Shown: positions 42,770 through 54,779 of the stretch, one piece after another
Numbering within the stretch: the first letter of the stretch is position 1
Layout: each line of letters starts with the position of its first letter
NCBI RefSeq assembly: GCF_006345805.1
Contig: NC_043001.1
Span: 76,198,001 to 76,262,000 of the forward strand
DNA length: 64,000 bases
From: Octopus sinensis
Taxonomy: Eukaryota
Reading direction: 5' to 3'
The notes under the pieces: generated by a model
Seen by the model: only the letters and a program-made list of their open reading frames with translations
What the model was told of the DNA's origin: nothing
Databases searched by the model: none
Made by a program: the position numbers and the translations under genes

Positions 42770-45700
42770 TGCAGTAGCAAGAGCAGCAGCAGCTGTAAAA
42801 CCAGCAGCAGCAACAGCAGTGGAGGCGCAATGGCCCAATGGTTAGGGCAGCGGACTCGCGGTCGGAGGATCGCGGTTTCGATACCCAGACCGGGCTTTGT
42901 ATGTGTTTATTGAGCGAAAGCACCTAAAGCTCCACGAGGCTCCAGCAAGGGGTGGTGGCGACCCCTGTTGTACTCTTTCGCTCCGACTTTCTCTCACTCT
43001 TTCTTCCTGATTCTTGTACCCGACTTCCTACGCAACCGCTAAGCCTGGATGCGCATTCATCCATCCGTCGATGCTCTCGGTGTCGGGGGTTGACCTGCAT
43101 TCTCTTCTGCGGGTCTTACGAATAGCAAAGGACCACGTTTCGGACTTCTCCCACTGGGACGAAGACCGCTTCGCTCAACAAACAAACAAACAAACAAGCA
43201 GCAACAGCAGTAGTAATGGTTGTTGAAAATACGAGACGACTGGAAGCGTCGCTGTTGTGGGACGAGAGTTTGGTGTCAATGAATCTATAATACCATTCGT
43301 TCCATTGCAAAATGTATGGGGATAGTCCACTTATCATTTATTCATATATCACTTTTTCCTACCAAATTCCTTGCTAAATGAGGATAGATGTGCTGATATA
43401 ACTAAGTATATTTACATTATTCAAAACATTTGTGTGTTACCGTCTCTAAGCATTTATATCATACTTATATTATATTCATCTGTGTACATCATTTCTTTGA
43501 GCAGAGAAGAAGCGTTATAAATGTACAAAACTGTGCCACGTACAGAACGTTAGCTTACAATGTGGAACGAAAAGACGCCGCTTCCGACAAACATTGAGCA
43601 AACAAAAGACATATATTACCGCTGAATTTGAAATCGAAGTTGCTCCTAAAGCCCCGACAGGTAAGTAGAAGCAGGATTTCAATATATTTTTTTGTAGTTG
43701 TTGATTCTTTGTAAGCTACAATAAAAACATAACAAAGCCATTACCACTTCTTTAGCTCTCTCTCTTTATGAATGTGTAACGGAAAAAATTAATTTGTAAA
43801 CAATAATATGATATGTCGGTGGAGGCGATAATAATTTGTTTTTAAAATGGCAAGTTGTAAGATGTGAAAGATAGACAATGCATGAAGTTTTAAGGAAAGT
43901 ATTTATTTACCTGGTATACGAAGTGAGAAAGGAGGAAGAAGAAAGGCGAAATGTACATTTGGTGCAATGCAGTCAACAGGGACAGTGCCTGAGATGGGAA
44001 GAATATGTGATCAACCGCAGAATATCATGGAAGGAACTTTGGGCTTGGGAACAAGCAAGAACATCCTTCCTGATCAAGTCTACCTTCGACGTTCTACCCT
44101 CACCGGCGAACTTAGTCCGGTGGAACATAAAAACAACTGATGAGTGTAGATGCAGAGAGAAAGCGACGGTTAGACATGTTCTGTCAAGTTGCAGACTAGC
44201 ACTAGAAAAATATACATGGCGGCATATTCAAGTCCTCGGCGTCATAAGCGCAGCACTCAAGGAGAAGATCGAGAGGTACAATAGGGGAGAGTACCCAAAA
44301 GTAGAAAAGTGCAGTAAAGTATACTTCCACAAGGAGGGAAAAGGATATAAAACCAGGCCTACAAGTAAAGTATACGAGATAGACGAAAGATGGAAGGGAT
44401 ACTGGAAGGTGGCCACGGACTTGGAAAGACAAGTAATATTTCCACTAAAAAAAGCAACAAAAAGACCAGATTTAATCCTATGGAACAGAGACCGGAGATT
44501 AGGAATTTTACTAGAACTGACAGTACATTGGGAAGAGAACATCGGCAATGCAGAGGAACGAAAGGAGAGGAGGTACGAAAAGCTAATCGAAGAATGCAGA
44601 GAACAGGGGTGGAATGTCGAATATTATCACCTGGCAGTGGGGTCTAGAGGCTTCATTAAAAGGAAAATGACAACGCTTTTCAAATGAAGATTTGTTTTTT
44701 CTAGCTCCGAGCTGCGAAAACTAATAAGGAGAGTACAAGAGGCGGTCGAAAAGCCAGCTTCTATATATGGCTGAAGCGGGAAGACCGAAAATGGCTTGAA
44801 AGTCATAACATGCCGGGGGGAAATAACATCATTAGGTGAGACAAGCTGACACTGCATCAGCTTCGCTGACTGACAGGTGACGGTCGTTTAGAAAATGCGC
44901 GGGTTAAAACTACGCGCCTTCACTAGTCAGTTAAGGTGAGACAGTGTCACGTGACAACTTGCTGGGGCTGCCTGCTGGAGCCTATGCGGCAGGTATTTAA
45001 AGGGAAAAATTTGACAAGTCAGTCACCGGCTGACACTCGCTGACGATACATCGAAGAGGCCAGGGAACAGAAGAAAGAATAAGAAAGAAGACGTGCACCC
45101 AACACCAGAGCTGAAGACACCTCCGAAAGGGGTGGGGGCTGCCACATTGAAACGGTAGAGTAGTAGGGGCCGAAACTGGACGTAGTTCCTCCTGATAATG
45201 TCTTGAGCTACCTGGATCCTATAAAGGAGCTGTTGTGGTAGCAGACCACGAAACACGGTTGTAATTCCCCAAATACCTTGGCTCGACGGGCAGGTTAATG
45301 ATAAATCCAGAAACATGCGAAATAAAGTTTGTGTTTTTGTGTCCTCTTCATTGTTTACTAGTAATTACAGAGAGAGATAGAATAATGTTGTAAGAGACAG
45401 AATTAGAGCTAGTGAGAGTTGTAGAGTGTGGGACGTTGCTGACAGTAAACTTCATTTCTCCCTCTGACCAAAGTTCTAGCTGGTAAGCCAGACTTCGTTC
45501 TCACTGAGTTGTCACCGCAGTGACTAACTGATTTTTGCTTGGGATGTGCTTGCTTATATTAAGATCCAGAAGGATAGACATATCATTGAGAACAATATAT
45601 TTAGTTGGTGGTCTTGTTGTCTATTCTAGCTTTTGGTGAAGTAGAAGCGGTTAGAAAGAATCAAGTAGTGAAGACATTATTTCGGCCTAGCTAAAGGCAT

Positions 45701-46846
45701 CTGGGAAATGTAAAACTGCTGTCAGAGAAAAACCATTGTTCCATCGTGGGAAAAGTTCTGTTGCAGTGTTAATTTAAATTTGGCTATGGCGGGTCGAATC
45801 CACTTCATGCATGCAAAATTCGCTACAAATGGTTGAGGTATAGACTTTCTCACGAATTCCTAGGCAAACAGGCCCTCACTATACAGCAGACACTTACTAT
45901 ATACAAGCAGGCACTCGCTATACAGCAGGTTCAGAAAATAGTGGATGCATGAAGGCGTCGCATAATAGTTAGGGTGTTATATTCGCGATATTAAGATTGT
46001 AGTTTTGATTCCCGGACCGGGTAGTGCATAGAGTTCTTGAGCAAAACACTTCATTTCACATTCCTCCGGCCCACTCAGCTGTAAATGATTTCCAACAATA
46101 GCGAGGAAGTTAATCTTGTCACGGACCTGACAGAAGGAAGTCTTGTGATTTCAGTCACTTATACGCCATGGAAATCGGGTGAAGCTCTGGCATTATGAGT
46201 CATAGTGCTCGCGACAAACCTAAGCTAATAATAGTGAATGTAAAAATACGGAGATGATTCTGGAAGTCTGATGACAGCGGAAGAAATAGGCTGGTATTAC
46301 CAAAAGACTCCATGCTAGTTTCTAAGACGCTGTACCATTCTTATTGACCATTCTTATTGATATTGCAAAGATAGAGAAAGAGAAAAGAAAACGAAGATAA
46401 CTCAGTAATAGAGCGCCAAGTTAATTAAAAACAGATTTTTAGTTCATTAGGCTACAGTACCGATAACAATTTCTGTTAAATAGTATGAAAGAACAGAATA
46501 TGATAAAATATTTCCCAAAAGTTTAAAGACTCTAAAGCGTACATTTAATTCTTGGTTATTTTCTGTTTATCAACGATACACCGCTGTACACTTTTAATAT
46601 ATCTTCAAATATCTTTAAAGTGTTTCAGCTCTAAAGCTACGGTCATTTTTTTTTTACTTGTTTCAGTCAGTGGAATACGGCCATGCTAGAGCACTACCTT
46701 ATTGTAGGGTTAGTCGAACAAGTCGATTCCAGTTTTCTCTGGTACTTAGTCTATTTGTCTCTTTTGCCAAACCGCTAAATTACGTGGACGTAAACAAACT
46801 AACACTGGTCGTCAAACAGTGTTGGGAGAATATACACGCATACATA

Positions 46847-46906
<60 letters not shown>

Positions 46907-49900
46907 CGACTGCCACACACACACACACACACACATAAACAAACTAACACCGGCTGTGAAGTAGCTGGAGACAAACACAGACACACACAAGCTTACACAC
47001 TGACATAGATAGATAGAAAGATAGATAAAATATAGAGGATGGACACAATTTTTTTCAACGAAATTCACGCATAAGATATTTGTCAGCCCTGGGCTATAAC
47101 AGAAAAAAAATTTCCAAAAGTGCCGTGCTGTAGGATTGAACCCGAAACTATGTGGTTGCGAAACGAAAATCTTAACCACATAGCCATATCTGCGCTTTAC
47201 TTGATAAGAAATCTCAGCGAAACGTTGTTTGATTCCTGAAATTCAGCAATACTGCATCTGCTTTTGAATCCATAGGCGCCAACCAGCAAATATTTATGTA
47301 TTGTTTTAATAAAATTATATTAAAAGCAGCTTAAATCGCCAAACAGAAATTATTGTTTACGTCTGACATATGCTCAGTCTTTCTCCCTCGCCCGCCGTTC
47401 CTCGCTTTCTCCCTCTCTTGCTTTCCTCTCTTTCTCCTTATCACTTACCTTTTCTCTTTCTCTCTTGCTCATGCCTTCTCCCCCTCTTTCGCTTTACCTC
47501 TCTCGTCTGCTCTCTCACACATCTTTTCCTACTCACCTTATCTCTCTCTCTTTCTCGCTTTCACCCTCGCACTTCTCTCTTTCTCACCTTCTTTCGTTCT
47601 CTACCTCTCCCTCTTTTCCTCTCACCTCACTTTCTCGCCGTCTCTTTCTCTCTCACCTTCTGTCTCTCGCCTTCTCTCTTTCCCCCCTCTCTCTCTCTTT
47701 CTCACGCCTTCTCTCTCGCAGTTCCTCTGTCTTTCGCGCACACAATATCAACTGCATACTACAACTGCAGTTTAGCTCTCAGGCTTACAACATAGAAGTT
47801 TTGACTCCTTGTCACGTTACTATAAAAATAGTGTGGTAAGTAGCTTGCTTACGAACCGAGGCATGAATTGCACGAAGCCGTCTTGCAGTCTTGGGAAGAG
47901 CTATCTGAGCGGAAAATTCGTGGATGTATTCAACATCAAACTCGTGTTCGGCGTCAAATAAGTTGACTGTCGTGGTGGTAACAGATTCGTGTAATAAATT
48001 TTACGTTTATTTTTGGTTCATAATATATATTTTTTCGGATGCAGCCAGACTTTTCACACAGAGGGTATTTATATGAGAGACCTTGTACAAAGCGAGTTCC
48101 ATCAACAACCTTGAATACATGAAACGCTCATCGCTCTAACATCCACTTGTTCTAACAATACAATTGTATCTTTGTACTCGCAATAGGCCTTTATAATGCA
48201 ATTGTAACTTCAACAAGTACTTCCATTACTATTATACAAAATCCCATCTTTACAATTACGCACCCAACTGAACTCTAACATATTTTTGCATGCAGTAGGT
48301 CCTAACACTGACATTGCGTCTGGATATATTGGGTTGTCCGGAAAGTTCGTGCCGATTTTTAAAGGAAAGAAAAAGGTCAATAAATACTTATCATTACATT
48401 TTTAATCAACCAAATATGAACCATTTTGTTGCACAATGCGTCTCCATCTTTCCTTTAACTTGAAAATAATCTCTTCCCAGAATTGGGGAGGTTTCATGGC
48501 AAATAATTCATCAAGGCATCTTTTTATGTCATCCAAGGAATTGAAATATTTACCATTAAGACTATTCTGCAGAGACCTGAATAAGTGGAAATCCGAAGGA
48601 GCAATATCTGAGGAATATGGAAGGTGAGGTAACAAGTCCCAGCCGGGCTGCAGCAATTTTTGTCTGGTTCCCAAAACATCAAGTGCCGAAAATGAACTTT
48701 CTTATCTTCCATTTTAAAGGGTTACAGAATTAACACAGGTTATGGGAACATAAACTTTCTTCCACGAAAAGATAGCTTAAACTGGGCTCTAAATGGAGGT
48801 GTAGTCAAATCTTATTTTATGGACTTAACCATATTCTAAAATAAGTCGAAAGGTAAGCTGCTATAAATCGGCACGAACTTTCCGGACAACCCAATATTTC
48901 ACCTGTTCACGTCAAAGTATCTCACCGATGTTCCTCTGGTTTAAAAATCAAAATTCAAAATATGCACAGATTTCCACTTGAATTAATAATCCTAATCAAT
49001 ATCCACTAATAACCCATCAGCAATTGATCTTTTAACCAATCAATTAATCGGTCTTCTTTCTTTTTCTTACAGAATCTTGTAATATTAATTGTACCCGAAA
49101 GAAAACGGAGAGACGTCTGAAGAAGACCATTAAAAGACTTCGGCGTTCGATTAATAAAGAAAAGTTCTCAGTCATGTAAGTGTTTTCAGTTCTTTGATGG
49201 AATGGCTTCATTGAAAATAGATTTTAGCAGTTATACGTTATGCTAAGTCAGGCCCATCGCCAGACTTTGGTGACCGGAGGTGCTTTAAAATGTTCCAAAC
49301 GGGCACTAATTTATATTGCAAGAAGATTTCTTTGTATGCAATATTTTCTAAACCTGAGGGTGCACCATTAGATAGTGAGGGGCAATGCCGGCCAGTGTAT
49401 CCCTTAGCGACGGGCATGCACCGAGTATTGGTATCAGTTCTCCTGTGCCTTCTCGCATTGGGCAGCAAATTGATGCCACTTGTTTCTGTTAGCTGCGATT
49501 TTTTTTCTGCATTCGTCCATGCAATATTAACCGCTCTCTCTCATCTGTTACAAATATTGTGCCATGTAGTTGTCGGTCTTCCACTTTTTCTTATTCCCTC
49601 TAGTGGTGTCCAGCTGAAAACTGTTTTAAAATGGCATTATTCTGGGAGCCGGATTATGTGTCGTCTTCACTAAGTGGTCTTATGTTAGCTCTCTTTAGAA
49701 TGCCATCGTACCAGGCCAGTCTTAAACTCGGAAAAAGTAAGAAGGTTGGTCGTTGGACCAGCAGTCCAACCCAGTAAAACAAAAACAGCTACAAAAACAG
49801 CAAAAGAAGACCAGGGAGGAAGATGGCAAATGACATGACCCAACAATGCCTGACTATAATGAAATCCATTCTAATTAATCTTTTCTGCTAAAAGCACAAA

Positions 49901-50215
49901 GCCTGAAATTTGGGGAAGAGGATTAGTCTATTACCTCGGACTCCGTGTTTCACTCGTACTTAACTTATCAACTCCGAAAGGATGAAAGTCAAAGTCGACT
50001 CCGGCGGAACTCACAACGTAAAGACGGACGAAATGCCGCTAAACATTTTTCCCGGAATACTAACGATTCTGCCAGCTCGCCGCCTCGAAATCCATTCTAA
50101 TTAACAGATATTGTTAATTTTTGCCTTTGTAATCAGTTGCAAGTTAAATATTTGCTTCAATTAATGTGCATGAGTGTGTATGTGTGTGAGTTTATATATA
50201 TATATAATATATATA

Positions 50216-50253
<38 letters not shown>

Positions 50254-50479
50254 TACTTGTTTCAGGCATAGGCGTATGGCCATGCTGGGGCACAGGCTTG
50301 ACAGGTTTAGTCAAGCAAATCGCCCTCAGTACGTTTTTTCAAAAGTGTGGTACTTATTCTATCAGATTCTTTTTGCCAAACCGCTGCGTTCTAGCGTTAC
50401 TGGATGTAAACAAAACTACACCGGTTGACAGGTGGCGGATGGCTGGGGATAAATACAAAGGCAGACACACGCACGCACG

Positions 50480-50513
<34 letters not shown>

Positions 50514-50613
50514 TACCTCAGTTCCTCTGCGTGGCACCTTGGACGAAAGTGTCTTGGGCCGACCAAAGCTGCATGAGTGGATATGGTAGACGGAAACTGA
50601 AAGAAGCCCGTCG

Positions 50614-50662
<49 letters not shown>

Positions 50663-51253
50663 CTATGTGCGTGTGTCTTTGTATGTGTGTGTCTGTCCCC
50701 ATATCACTGCTTGACAATCAATGTTGGTATGTTTACGCCCCCGTAACTTAACGGTTCGGCAAAAAAAGCCTGATAGAATAAGTACTAGACTTAAAAAATA
50801 AGTCCTGGTGTCGATTTTCTCGACTAAAGGTGGTGCTCCAGCATGGCTGCAGTCAAATGACTGAAACAAGTAAAAGAATAAAGACGAGCTTCCACACAGC
50901 TTCATCTACCAAATTCACTCGTAAGGCATTGATCGAGACTATAAGTAGAGGACACATGCCAAATTGTTGCACTACGGAACTGAACTCGAAACCCTGTGGT
51001 TGCAAAGCGAGCTTCTTAACCACTCATGCTTGTGTGTGCGTATGTCCGATTGTTGTTGTTTAACCACAGGTCAACCCTTATTGGGCAGACTCATGATCAA
51101 AGACACTGTCTTTTTAAGGATCTTTTGAACCACGTTATCCAATATGATGTTTCACTTTTTTCTATTTTTCTAAGCGGTAGAGTGTGATTTGAAGAAGATT
51201 TTGCAGCCATTTCTAGCTCGCTGACTGACTGCGTAAAGCTCCCTTCACTGGTT

Positions 51254-51320
<67 letters not shown>

Positions 51321-54300
51321 ATCGCCTCCCAATGCTTGACTGGTACTTTTATTTTATCAACCTCGAAAAGATGAAAGGCAAAGTCGACCTCGGCGAGATT
51401 TGAACATAGAATATAGAGCTGTCCAATACGCTTAGCAGTTCTCTCAGCTTGCCGGTCTTGTATAAGGCGTAATGGTAGTTATCAATATATCCGTTCGTGT
51501 GTTATCCTATAAATTATTTTGATTTTGTCGTCTTTATAATCTCATTGATTTTGTTTAGTCCATTATATTGCATTTTCCTTACCTTTCCATAGTATCGTTT
51601 TTCCTGTTCCATCCACTATTGTCCTAATCATATCTGTATAGTTTCATAGTTCCCGAAAGATCATCCTACCAGGGCTTTATTCTCATTCGACGCTGCTGTG
51701 GGCTGGAAGAAGCCTCATGATAAGCTCTGCACCAGATGGCTGGATGTGATTGGAGATGACCTCCAGAGGCTCGACGTCACCTTGGGGGATGTAGATGGGC
51801 TGATACGAGACGCCAGCGATGAGGAGCATTAGAGGACCTGATCGGTTCTACGCATGATGACATCTCTGGGACCACTAACTTGAGATGACTCCAGCCCCAT
51901 CAAGCAAGAGCAAGAAACAAACAAGCAAGCAGCTGTTATATACTTCTGGTGTACACTTGATATGAAAATGCGACTGTTTATGTATTGAAGTTCATTTATT
52001 TCAATAACGGCCTTCACAAAGTAAAGAAATCTTCGTCTGCCAGTCTAAAGCATTTTCATAAGTTTATCTTAAACGTCCGTGCTTGCTTTCAAACTTTTAG
52101 TTAGCCCTTGTTTCATACGTTCTGAGTAATATAAAGTTTTCCTTTCATAAGCCTCTAATTATTCTGCTGGTTAAAACAAATTGAGAATGCATATCATATA
52201 CGCTGCATGGCCGCCATGGAAATATGTCATGTGCATCATACGTGTAACACAGGACAAACACGGTTACAATATTAGCCATAATTAGGATAGCAGAGCCAGA
52301 ATAGACCACACGGCTACAGTATTATTTACCTTGTTACGAGACAAGAATCTCGCCTACATTTGTCGTAATAATGGTTTACAAGGTCATAAACCAGTGGCGT
52401 TGCTAGGAGGAATTGAGGGTGCGATCCACCCCGAACGACACTTTTATTGAGATGGCATTTTGTATCTGCTGTATAAGCTTGTATAAACTTAAAGATCCGG
52501 GAGTGCGGCAAACTCAAGGGTTGCCTCAGGTGGCACATGCTCTATATAAATCAATTAGTTCTTCATTCCAAACTATGGATGTAACCATTATTATCGGTTT
52601 CTGGATGGCGGATAAAATGTTTAGCAGCATTTCTTACAGCTTTACATTCCGAACCTTTCATCCTTTTGGAGTCAGTAAAAATAAGTACCAGTTGAACACT
52701 GAGGTCGATATAATTGACTTGCCTCTCTCCTCAAAATTTCTGGCATGTCCATAAAGAATTATTATAGGTTTCTGAATCATTCATTCATAATATTGGCTTT
52801 TAGTAGAGACAAGATAATTAATGAGGAAACATCGATTATATCTTCTACAGTTCTTTCTTTATCGACCTGGAAAGGATGAAAAGCAAATTTGACTGTACGG
52901 AATTTGAACAACATTGAATATAAAAATAATATAATGCAGGAATCTACCGATTCTGCAAATTCACCAATACTAGCAATTTTAATCAATATGACATTTATTA
53001 ATAAAATGTCCTTTTGATAAGAACACCGAACTAAATGCTTTACTCTTCCTTGTCCTCCTACATCCTGTGTTCTCGTGCCTCCCAGATTAATTACCTTTTC
53101 TCTTTGTCCTTCTGAAGGTCGTTAAATTTAAGTATCAGCCTTACATTGGGGTTTATTGAGTCGATTATACTACACAAGTGCATATTTGTGATCCATCGAC
53201 AATCTAAAACAGACTCGATGCTTTTTCCCCGATTTTCACAAACTGTCAGTCAATTAGTTATTTGTAAATGAATTTTCGATTAAATTTTATGTCAATTTAT
53301 GATATTTTGTGCAACTAACATTTCTCAACCTGAATTAATATTCTTTGTAAATATTCCAGGATGGTTCTCAACTACTATTGTCTAATCCTAAATACTGGTC
53401 ATCCGGATAGATGGTTATTTAAAACATCAGCTGTAATGGCTAAAAGCTTTCATTGCGTATAAAGTTTACCAACTCATAAAATTCCTATAAAATCATTGCA
53501 TTCAAAACTGTTTGTGTTTGATAAAGTAATATTCTCCGTAGATATACTGTACAGAGTGAACGAAAAAGAAAACTAATATTTTTTTTAATAATATCAAATA
53601 CAATAAATAAAAGCTCTTGACATATGAATCTGCTTTTATGTAACATTTGAAATAGTGTTACAATTACTAACTATATATAAATTGCAGGTTTCTATCAAGA
53701 AGCATTTCAAAGAAAATAGTAGTAATCATTGGATAATATCTATATTTTCTTTCAAGGCGCCGAGCTGGTAGCAACGTTGGCGCGCCTGTATTTACGTTCC
53801 GAGTTCAAATTCCGCCAAGATCGACTTTGTCTTTCATCCTTTCGAGGTCGATAAATTAATTACCAGTTGTGTACTGGGTCGGTCTAATGGACTGGACCCC
53901 CACCCCCAAAATTTCAGGCCTTGTTCCTAGAGTAGAAAAGAATATCTATATTTTCTTTCTTTCATGGCAGATTTGAAAATATCCAGTATGGCGTACGAAA
54001 GCGTTCCTTTAAAGCTGCCAGAACATTGATGACATGCCGAAAAGGAAATATTCTTGTTAACCAAGAATGCAGTGAGTACATATGTTTTGGGCATTTTTCT
54101 TTCTCTTTCTTTTCTTTTCCACTTATTATGATAGCATGCGCGCGCGTGTGTATGTGACTATGTAGAACTAGTTTGAGTTACAGAAAATTCGATCAGCACG
54201 ACCTGATAGAAAGCTATCCTTCAAAGAGACGTGAAGCTATCCTTCTAACAGACGGATCCATTTTGAAGAAATTTTAATACTTGAGATAATCTCCTTTTCT

Positions 54301-54728
54301 CATTTAAAGTTGTTCCCAATTGTCACTAAACGATGGTAGCGAAGATACCTTCAATAACATAGGAATCTGTATTTTATGATATTTAATATACAGTAATCCC
54401 TCGCGGATTTTTCTGGCTAATATATGTAAATTTATATCGCGGACTCCTCAGTATATCGCGGGTTTCTGCGGTCGAAAGGTATTTATTCTTTTATTCTGTT
54501 TTTGTTATAGTCATTTGACTGTGGCCATGCTGGAGCACCGCCTTTGGTCAAACAAATCGACCCCAGGACTTATTCTTTGTAAGCCTAGTACTTATTCTAT
54601 CGAAATCTTTTACCGAACCGCTAGTTTACGGGGACGTAAACACACCAGCATCGGTTGTCAAGCGATGGTGGGGGGGACAAACACACACAAAAACATACAC
54701 ACACATACACACACACGCACGCACACAT

Positions 54729-54779
<51 letters not shown>

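Noticed and set aside
36945-43198. tRNA genes at SINE heads (37150-37250, 41566, 42821)
   Set aside because: A and B boxes are present but continue into SINE bodies without a complete cloverleaf.
45105-45225. CTGAAGA, hairpin and GAAAC motifs downstream of the Hero ORF
   Set aside because: Stem II does not close between the core elements in any hammerhead topology tried.
47850-48000. Tc1 transposase C-terminal remnant ([13 protein letters not shown])
   Set aside because: Too short and degenerate, with no TIR found.
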